IMG/VR virus record: IMGVR_UViG_2667527214_000001
Strand: one strand, 5' to 3'
Length of the DNA stretch: 21,196 nucleotides
Source of the DNA: a virus
How positions within the stretch are numbered: position 1 is the stretch's first letter; the number at the start of each line of letters is the position of its first letter. A program made the position numbers and the translations under genes. Shown one piece after another: positions 15,100 to 21,196 of this stretch. Under the pieces are notes generated by a model. That model was not told where the DNA came from, searched no databases, and saw nothing but the letters and a program-made list of their open reading frames with translations.

Positions 15100-15687
15100 A
15101 TGAATCTCCAACAGCACGAGAACCGCGACGACATGAAGGTCTGGCTCAGCCAGAACGAAGTAGAACAGTTGCTCGAGGTGGCCGACGATACCCAGCAGCG
15201 AATTGCATTCGCACTCGGAGCGCGATGCGGCCTCCGCTCACACGAAGTCCTCGACGTTGCGCCGGAGGATATCGTCGATACCGACGCCGGGACGATGCTC
15301 CGCGTCTGGCACGGGAAGGGCGACAAGTTCCGAGAGACGCCGGTCCCGCGAGATCTCGCGACGACGATCCGGACGGTCGACGACGTACGCGACGCACCGA
15401 CCAGCTCGTCGCTCGTCGAGATCACCAGTACGCGGTCACTCCGGCGGTGGGTCCGATCGGCTGCCGACCAGCTGTACGACGAGACGGGAGACGCTGGGTG
15501 GGACCATCTCGGCTTCCACGATCTCCGCCGGACCTGGGCGACCGCGCTCGCCTCCGACGACGTTGATCCGCTACTGGTCTGTGACTGGGGCGGATGGAAC
15601 GATCTCGAGACCTTCCTCGAGCATTATCGAGGAAGCTACAGCCCTGAAGCACAGCAGCGGGAGCGTGAGAAAGTTGGTTGGCTCTAA
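15100..15687 (+). CDS. Short tyrosine recombinase (catalytic domain only, 195 aa)
   Basis: CGLRSHE (R), HGKGDK (K), FHDLRRTWA (HxxR), GGW (W), EHY (Y). No N-terminal core-binding domain; unrelated in length and sequence to the two flanking integrases. Confidence 0.92.
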   Translation: MNLQQHENRDDMKVWLSQNEVEQLLEVADDTQQRIAFALGARCGLRSHEVLDVAPEDIVDTDAGTMLRVWHGKGDKFRETPVPRDLATTIRTVDDVRDAPTSSSLVEITSTRSLRRWVRSAADQLYDETGDAGWDHLGFHDLRRTWATALASDDVDPLLVCDWGGWNDLETFLEHYRGSYSPEAQQREREKVGWL

Positions 15688-15811
15688 GCTACCGCTCAAT
15701 ATATGTGCGGACTTAGCGTTGTTATTTCCGTTAGTGCCGGTGATTATGGTAATGGCATTCTGAAAACAGTTCGCATATTCACCCACCTATATCTACGATA
15801 ATGCACAACCA

Positions 15812-16594
15812 TCAAATATTTATCATCTCTTTGAGTCTATGAATCCATATTCTGATTTGATCTCTGATAGTAATTTCATGTCTATGAGCCGATAACGCCT
15901 CTGGAAATACATTCTTAGCCTCTTGTTCATCTGTAGCCATAAATTCCATGCCCGTTGGGTAGCCACTGTACCGGTCATTTTGGAGATCAATAGTTGCAGC
16001 AAATGGAGTGATTATTACAGTCTGTGATTCTCCAGTGAATTCTTGATATTCCACAACGAAGCAGAATTTAACTTCTTTAATACCATCTTGTTTCATTTCG
16101 TTAAAAGCCTCCAAGAGCCATTTCATGTCCCAGGTCTCGGAGTCTTCTGTTTCTCTAACTCCAATTTTAGGTTTGCAACTAAACTCTTCTTTTTCGCCTG
16201 GCTGTAATACAGAACCTTCTACTCCCTCTAGTCCATCTTGATTCAGATAAACACCGACTTCAGAATACTTCTGTTTGTAGTCTTCTGGAACCGTAAAATA
16301 TGTTATCAACTTTAGATCCTTAGCAATACCATTTCCGTAATTGCTTAGGCTTATTTCACTCTCGATCGTATCAGAATCCTGTAGTTTACCAGATACAATT
16401 GCCTTATGATCTGCTGCTAAAAGTTCCTTCTGCTGGCCGTAAAGCCGATAGAGAAGGTAAGATATGATGACGGAAAATGAAGACAAAATCACCTCTGCCC
16501 AACCCGTAAGCCATTTTGGTGGTGAGGATAGTTGTAATGAAATAGCTAATAGATAATCCAACATATTGTATAGTAACGAATTCTGGCTACTCAC
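15812..16594 (-). CDS. Membrane-anchored hypothetical protein (cargo, AT-rich)
   Basis: TM helix WAEVILSSFSVIISYLLYRLY followed by an acidic beta-rich domain. The start codon is uncertain. Confidence 0.75.
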   Translation of the reverse strand: MSSQNSLLYNMLDYLLAISLQLSSPPKWLTGWAEVILSSFSVIISYLLYRLYGQQKELLAADHKAIVSGKLQDSDTIESEISLSNYGNGIAKDLKLITYFTVPEDYKQKYSEVGVYLNQDGLEGVEGSVLQPGEKEEFSCKPKIGVRETEDSETWDMKWLLEAFNEMKQDGIKEVKFCFVVEYQEFTGESQTVIITPFAATIDLQNDRYSGYPTGMEFMATDEQEAKNVFPEALSAHRHEITIRDQIRIWIHRLKEMINI

Positions 16595-16801
16595 CCTATC
16601 CTTTACGATATGGTTTCCCTTTTAGGCGACCACGACTAATTATGTGCGCATATTGAAAGAGTATATCTTCATTGTTCGGATGATAATAGATAGTCTGCGT
16701 TCAGTACACGGCTTCTAATAGCTATCGAGGAGGTGCATGACAACTTCCGGAAGGCCTTCGTCTGTACTTATTGCTGATAGTCGGTAGCCGAATGGGTATA
16801 A

Positions 16802-17092
16802 TTAGAGGAGACTATGAATCGTAGGCTGAGGAAGGTTCTCTACATCTAATTCTCCCTCGAGATACCTCTGACCTCTACCCGTGATCTCGTACATGTGATG
16901 ATCACTAAACACGGGTGTCACCAGACCAGCCTGTGTAAGCATCCTGCACCGCTCTTGAATCCTCCCTCGAGAAGCATTGAATCCCATAGCCTGTTCCATG
17001 TAGCGAGGGGTTGACCAAGAATCCTCTTCGAGGTACTCGAGGATTCGTTCATCGAGTGTACACATCCATCGAGCTGGTCTTCGGTCCGTCAC
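16802..17092 (-). CDS. phiH1-repressor-like winged-helix protein
   Basis: WMCTLDERILEYL...RCRML..AGLV...MYEITGRGQRYLEGELD; GTG start overlapping the upstream stop. Confidence 0.85.
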   Translation of the reverse strand: MTDRRPARWMCTLDERILEYLEEDSWSTPRYMEQAMGFNASRGRIQERCRMLTQAGLVTPVFSDHHMYEITGRGQRYLEGELDVENLPQPTIHSLL

Positions 17093-17400
17093 GATTCCGA
17101 GGTTTCACTCGCCGTAGGGCCGTCTCTCGAGCCGTTTCCGTTAAGGTAGACTCCGTTTTCAGCGTCGTACTCCTCATCAAGATAGGCCTCTCCTCGATCA
17201 GTGATGATATATACGCCATTTCCGAGCGGAGTCAGTAATCCGTTTTCGGCGAGCTTCTTACAGCGTCGTGAGACAGAAGAATGAGAAATCCTGAGACCCT
17301 CTTCTTCGGCAAGTTCACCGACTGGTTTTGCGCCTTCCTTTCGTAGAGTCTCGAGAATACGATCGTCCCAGATCGTCATCCACGTTCCCGACTTCCTCAT
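17089..17400 (-). CDS. phiH1-repressor-like winged-helix protein
   Basis: MR.S.TWMTIWDDRILETL...VSRRCKKLAENGLL...GVYIITDRGEAYLDEEYD. Start corrected to the ATG at 17400. Confidence 0.88.
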   Translation of the reverse strand: MRKSGTWMTIWDDRILETLRKEGAKPVGELAEEEGLRISHSSVSRRCKKLAENGLLTPLGNGVYIITDRGEAYLDEEYDAENGVYLNGNGSRDGPTASETSES

Positions 17401-17516
17401 TACTGCCCACTTCAGAACACACAAACCTATTCCTACGGTTTTCCCCACTCCATAGAACTATGACCTACTTTAGTCAGTCGTTGCATTTATGCAGAGTGAG
17501 CCTATACACAGAAACA

Positions 17517-17600
17517 CGGAGCTACCAACTTGGCTGAAGATGACTCTTGTTGGTATGTGAGACCGGGCGGCGCTGGCACGCCGCCCAGAAGGTAGCTCCG
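17517..17600 (+). promoter_or_regulatory. Structured 5' leader of the rightward operon
   Basis: CGGAGCTACC/GGTAGCTCCG (17517-26/17591-600) encloses GGGCGGCG-CTGGCA-CGCCGCCC (17565-86). Alternative pairing TACCAAC/GTTGGTA (17523-29/17549-55). TTTAT box at 17486-17490. Confidence 0.65.
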
Positions 17601-17609
17601 GAATCCACA

Positions 17610-17981
17610 ATGAATTGCGGAACTCTCGTGGGGCGTGTACCCCACGCACGGCAAGAGGCATCGCCATCCAAAAGGTCTGACGCTCGGTGCGCCTGCGGCG
17701 CTCGAGCGGACGGCTACGACGCGGGCAGCGACGAACCGGCTTGTCGCTCTTGCGTGCCCTTCCGAGCTGACGGCGGCCCGACTGCGGGATCCCCCGAGGC
17801 GCGACGCCAAGCGGACGCGCTCGAGACGATCGCCAGCGAACTGCGGTATCAGAACGCGGTTCTCACCGAGGTCATCAACACCCTCGACGCGATCCACGGT
17901 GAGGGGATGCGGTCACTAACGGCGATTCACACGGCGATCGAGGACCACGAAGTGACTCGTCGCGAGCAGGAGGGGATCTAA
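17610..17981 (+). CDS. Hypothetical protein with CxC...CxxC Zn-binding motif and C-terminal coiled-coil
   Basis: RCACGA...ACRSC..RADGG, then ALETIASELRYQNAVL. Start set at ATG 17610, just after the leader hairpin, rather than TTG 17547. Confidence 0.65.
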   Translation: MNCGTLVGRVPHARQEASPSKRSDARCACGARADGYDAGSDEPACRSCVPFRADGGPTAGSPEARRQADALETIASELRYQNAVLTEVINTLDAIHGEGMRSLTAIHTAIEDHEVTRREQEGI

Positions 17982-17982
17982 G

Positions 17983-18228
17983 ATGGTCGACGACGCGCTC
18001 GTCGATGCGGTCGAATCGATCCCGGACGCTGATCCCGACAGCATCGCGCAGTACGACGACGATTGCGGTCACTTCGTAATCCACAGCGATGCTGACGAGC
18101 AAGACGTCGACGAGATCGACGCGGCCCTCGAGGACGCGGGCTACGAACGCGACGGGCATCTCCCCGTCCCCGACATGGTGCAGCAGAACTTCCGTCCGCT
18201 CGAGGACGGGGAGGGGGATGACGAATGA
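17983..18228 (+). CDS. Small acidic hypothetical protein
   Basis: 81 aa, strongly acidic, tightly packed in the operon. Confidence 0.8.
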   Translation: MVDDALVDAVESIPDADPDSIAQYDDDCGHFVIHSDADEQDVDEIDAALEDAGYERDGHLPVPDMVQQNFRPLEDGEGDDE

Positions 18229-18995
18229 GCGGGAACAGCCTCTATTCCTGCGAGACACCCAGCTGCGACGGGTGGAAAGAGGTCATCACGCCCGACGGCT
18301 ACGTCTGCGAGGACTGCGCGGCCGAACTCGAGCAGCAGTACGAGGCCGGGCCAGAGATAGCCACCGACGGCGGCGTCGCCGTCCCGGACGCGACGACGGT
18401 CGCCGACGAACTGCCGACGCCCGACGATCCCGGCACGATCCCACTCCCGCACTCGTTCCTGGTCACGGCGTCGGGCCCGGTGACTCGCGTCTCCGAGCGG
18501 AGCGATGCCACGATCGAGAAGCGACCGGTCACCGTTTCGGTCGAGTACCGCCTCGAGACGCTGGCGGAGTTCATCGACTTCTGGAAGCTCCGCGATCGCC
18601 GGCGCTGGAAGTCCGCCGCGGTCGAGACGCTGCTCGGAAACGAAGACCTCGAGACGAGCTACGAACTCACTCGGAGCCACATCGAGGACTGGGATGTCGT
18701 CGCCGACGGCCGCGTCGAAGCGTTCGCCGGCCTCGGCCAATTGATGGTCGACTACGACGGGGCTCCGGACAGCACCGATCTCCCGAGGACGATCGTCGAT
18801 CGGCTCCACCTCGCCGGCGAGGATCACCGCGGCGTCGACGAGATCGTGATCGAGTTCGCGCGTGAACTCCGCCGGTCGGAGCTGTGGGGAACGGGCGTCG
18901 ACCTGGCGTACATCAACGCGAAACACGCCCAGCACGAGGATGTCGAGGACGACCTCGAGCGCGTTCTCGAGAACCTGCAGGAGGGATCGGCATGA
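18225..18995 (+). CDS. Hypothetical protein with N-terminal Zn finger
   Basis: CETPSC...VCEDC, then an ATDGG linker and an acidic domain; ATGA overlaps at both ends. Confidence 0.85.
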   Translation: MSGNSLYSCETPSCDGWKEVITPDGYVCEDCAAELEQQYEAGPEIATDGGVAVPDATTVADELPTPDDPGTIPLPHSFLVTASGPVTRVSERSDATIEKRPVTVSVEYRLETLAEFIDFWKLRDRRRWKSAAVETLLGNEDLETSYELTRSHIEDWDVVADGRVEAFAGLGQLMVDYDGAPDSTDLPRTIVDRLHLAGEDHRGVDEIVIEFARELRRSELWGTGVDLAYINAKHAQHEDVEDDLERVLENLQEGSA

Positions 18996-19201
18996 CGGTC
19001 GTACCCGAGACGGTGACCTGCAGGACCTGCGGTGAACCCGCGCGACGGGTCGCGTGGGGATCAGCGGATACGCCCTGCTACCGCTGTACCGAGTGTCACG
19101 CCGGCGGCCACATCGTCCACACCGAGGACGGTAGAGAACTCCGCCGAGGCGGTGTCTTCTGCCGGCTCAGTAACTACGCGACACGGAGGATCAGCGCATG
19201 A
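18992..19201 (+). CDS. Small Zn-ribbon protein (69 aa)
   Basis: CRTC...CTEC. Start corrected to the ATG at 18992 (ATGA overlap). Confidence 0.75.
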   Translation: MTVVPETVTCRTCGEPARRVAWGSADTPCYRCTECHAGGHIVHTEDGRELRRGGVFCRLSNYATRRISA

Positions 19202-19440
19202 GCGAGGACGACGCGATCTCGATCACGACTGAACTCACGCGCGGTACGTCGACCGACGATCGCGACAAGATCCGCGCGGAGGTCAGCGCCGAGACCGTCG
19301 ACGAACTCGATCACAAACTCGAGCGTGTTCGCCGGCAGCTCGAGGACTGGGCCGACGAGGTCCGGAACATCCAGCCGGAGAACTCTCGCAGTCGTCGGCT
19401 CGCTGACGATCAGTCTGAACTTGGGGAGGTCGAAGCATGA
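19198..19440 (+). CDS. Small hypothetical protein common in haloarchaeal viral/integrative elements
   Basis: ITTELTRGTSTDDRDKIRAEV...DEVRNIQP; ATGA-coupled on both sides. Confidence 0.8.
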   Translation: MSEDDAISITTELTRGTSTDDRDKIRAEVSAETVDELDHKLERVRRQLEDWADEVRNIQPENSRSRRLADDQSELGEVEA

Positions 19441-20186
19441 TTGGTGACTCCTTGAGCAGTGCTGAACGTACACGCGTCCTAAATCTGTACGCAGGAATTG
19501 GTGGCAATCGAAAGCTCTGGGACGATGTTGAAGTGACGGCCGTCGAGATCGACGACGAAGTCGCTGCCGAGTATCAGCGCCACTACCCAAAGGATGACGT
19601 GGTCGTTGCGGACGCTCACACGTTCCTGAAACAGCACTACGACGACGGTTGGGATTTCATCTGGGCGAGTCCACCGTGTCAGAGTCATTCGAGAGTTAGC
19701 TACGCGATGTGGCACTCCGATAAGGCACATAATCGGAATAGGTCGCCTGAATACCCCGATATGCGGCTCTATCAGGAGATTGTGTTCTTAGATAGGTTCT
19801 TCGACGGGGATTGGGTCGTTGAGAACGTTGAGCCGTACTACGACGAATTGATCCCCGGACAGAAGGTCGGGAGACATCTCTTCTGGTCCAACTATCATAT
19901 CCCGGATTTCGAGGAACCGGCGCGAGACTTCCCGTTTACAAGTGGGAATCCGTCTGACCGTGAAAAACTCGAGTCTTGGTTAGGGATCTCTACCTCCAAG
20001 AACATCTACCTCGGCACCTCAAACGATCCGACTCAGGTGCTGCGGAACGCAGTTCACCCTGAACTCGGGAGGCACGTCTTCGACTCGAGGACGGGTACCT
20101 ACGAACAACAGACGCTAGTTGCAGCGACGGATGATGGGAACGCGCGAACGCCACAGTCGAAGTCTGAACATGGGGGTGGCCAATGA
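19437..20186 (+). CDS. DNA (cytosine-5)-methyltransferase, compact viral type
   Basis: Motif I LYAGIGG, motif IV ASPPCQ (catalytic PC), motif VI VVENV, motif X-like LRNAVHP. Confidence 0.88.
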   Translation: MIGDSLSSAERTRVLNLYAGIGGNRKLWDDVEVTAVEIDDEVAAEYQRHYPKDDVVVADAHTFLKQHYDDGWDFIWASPPCQSHSRVSYAMWHSDKAHNRNRSPEYPDMRLYQEIVFLDRFFDGDWVVENVEPYYDELIPGQKVGRHLFWSNYHIPDFEEPARDFPFTSGNPSDREKLESWLGISTSKNIYLGTSNDPTQVLRNAVHPELGRHVFDSRTGTYEQQTLVAATDDGNARTPQSKSEHGGGQ

Positions 20187-21196
20187 GCGACGATCTCGCG
20201 CCGCTGTCACCCGAGGAAGGCGTCGAGCGATTCCTCCGTCATCGCGAGCCCAGCGTTCGGGAGTCGACGCTCCAGAACGCGCGGACGCGGCTCAACTACT
20301 TCCTCGAGTGGTGTGACGAGCGCGATATCGATAACCTGAACGACCTCTCTGGTCGCGACATCGCCGATTTCGTCGCGTGGCGACGCGGGGATATCGCCGC
20401 GATCACGCTACAGAAACAGCTCAGTAGCATTCGGGTCGCGCTCCGTTGGTGGGCCGATATCGAAGCCGTCGAGGAAGGGCTCGCTGAGAAGGTCCACGCG
20501 CCGGAGCTGCCGGACGGAGCCGAGTCGAAAGACGTGTTCCTCTCCGCGGATCGTGCGGAGCGGGCGCTGGCGTACTACAACCGGCACCAGTACGCGAGTC
20601 GCGAACACGCCTTGTTGGAACTCATGTGGGAGACAGGGATGCGCCGGAGCGCAGTTCACTCGCTCGACGTCGACGATCTCGAGCCAGACGAACACGCGGT
20701 TCGAGTCGAACACCGAATCGACGAGGGGACGAAACTCAAGAACGGCGAGGCCGGCGAGCGATGGGTCTATCTGGGCCCACAGACGTTCCAGGTCCTCGAG
20801 GACTACGTCGACAACCCCGACCGAAATGATGTGGTCGATGAGTACGGTCGCCGTCCGCTGTTCACGACTCGGAAAGATACCCGGCCGCAACCGGGCACGA
20901 TCTACAACTGGGTCATGCGGGCGTTGCACCCCTGTTCCTACGCCGAGTGTCCACACGATCGGACGCCGGAGAGCTGCGATGCTCGAGGGCGCAATGCATC
21001 GCTCAGCAAGTGTCCGTCGTCACGATCGCCGCACGCAGTCCGACGCGGTGCGATCACGCACCACCTGAACAACGATACCCCACCTGAGACGGTGGGTGAG
21101 CGAATGGATGTCTCGCTCGATGTTCTGTATCGTCACTACGATGCACGAACTGACAAGGAGAAAATGCAGGTCCGACGCAAGCACCTAAATCGGTGA
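20183..21196 (+). CDS. Tyrosine integrase (SNJ2-like family) of the provirus
   Basis: TGMRR, LKNG, PHAVRRG, HYD and the Cys/His cluster; paralog of 1-1023; ATGA-coupled to the methyltransferase. Confidence 0.94.
   Translation: MSDDLAPLSPEEGVERFLRHREPSVRESTLQNARTRLNYFLEWCDERDIDNLNDLSGRDIADFVAWRRGDIAAITLQKQLSSIRVALRWWADIEAVEEGLAEKVHAPELPDGAESKDVFLSADRAERALAYYNRHQYASREHALLELMWETGMRRSAVHSLDVDDLEPDEHAVRVEHRIDEGTKLKNGEAGERWVYLGPQTFQVLEDYVDNPDRNDVVDEYGRRPLFTTRKDTRPQPGTIYNWVMRALHPCSYAECPHDRTPESCDARGRNASLSKCPSSRSPHAVRRGAITHHLNNDTPPETVGERMDVSLDVLYRHYDARTDKEKMQVRRKHLNR

Larger units (their letters stand above)
1095..21196. mobile_element. Integrated provirus of a tailless icosahedral haloarchaeal virus (Halopanivirales/SNJ1-like virion module, SNJ2-type integrase); right att expected just beyond the window
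   Basis: Bounded by a tRNA-derived att core and an integrase. Contains two MCP genes, a packaging ATPase, repressors, a methyltransferase and an AT-rich cargo block. No host housekeeping genes. Confidence 0.8.

Noticed and set aside
15100-15687. Pseudogene (N-terminally truncated integrase) interpretation of the short recombinase
   Set aside because: All catalytic residues are present, the frame is intact with a clean ATG, and no remnant N-terminal domain lies upstream.
12492-15735. 12-bp direct repeat ATTTCCGTTAGT (12492-12503 and 15724-15735) bracketing the GIY-YIG-to-recombinase block
   Set aside because: Tempting as att or target duplication of a nested element, but a single 12-bp match in several kb of AT-rich DNA can arise by chance. 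It needs an empty-site allele to be credible.
276-21068. Numerous long Arg/Pro/Ser-rich alternative-frame ORFs (e.g. 276-644, 451-1095, 1413-2207, 3085-4137, 5579-6478, 8816-9622, 15072-15566, 18089-18865, 18141-18935, 20408-20956)
   Set aside because: They overlap better-supported acidic genes, lack motifs and have the composition typical of off-frame translation of GC-rich DNA.

Overview
This is haloarchaeal DNA (high GC, acidic proteins, ATGA/GTGA gene overlaps, leaderless TATA promoters). The window covers nearly all of one ~20-kb integrated virus-like element. It begins right after a tRNA-Ala-like 3' fragment (1080-1094, likely att core) and ends with an SNJ2-type tyrosine integrase (20183-21196). 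A paralogous integrase (1-1023) just before the att core suggests a second, related element integrated in tandem upstream. Three parts are visible. (i) A minus-strand morphogenesis operon (2321-11115) of a tailless icosahedral, internal-membrane virus of the SH1/SNJ1 type (Halopanivirales): adjacent small and large major capsid proteins, an FtsK/HerA-type packaging ATPase, membrane proteins and candidate vertex/spike proteins, with a divergent AbrB-like regulator. (ii) An AT-richer cargo block (about 11540-16600): a DUF3800 protein with a downstream structured-RNA candidate, a double GIY-YIG protein, several orphans and a short catalytic-domain-only tyrosine recombinase. (iii) A control/integration arm (16802-21196): two phiH1-repressor-like wHTH genes, a divergent operon of small Zn-finger/acidic proteins, a C5 DNA methyltransferase and the integrase. 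No recognisable replication initiator was found. The most unusual signal is a 26-bp site, GTCCG-AGAA-N5-GTAG-N3-CGGAC, repeated in three consecutive intergenic gaps next to the short recombinase, resembling an integron-like cassette array. All family assignments come from motif recognition by eye; no database searches were run.
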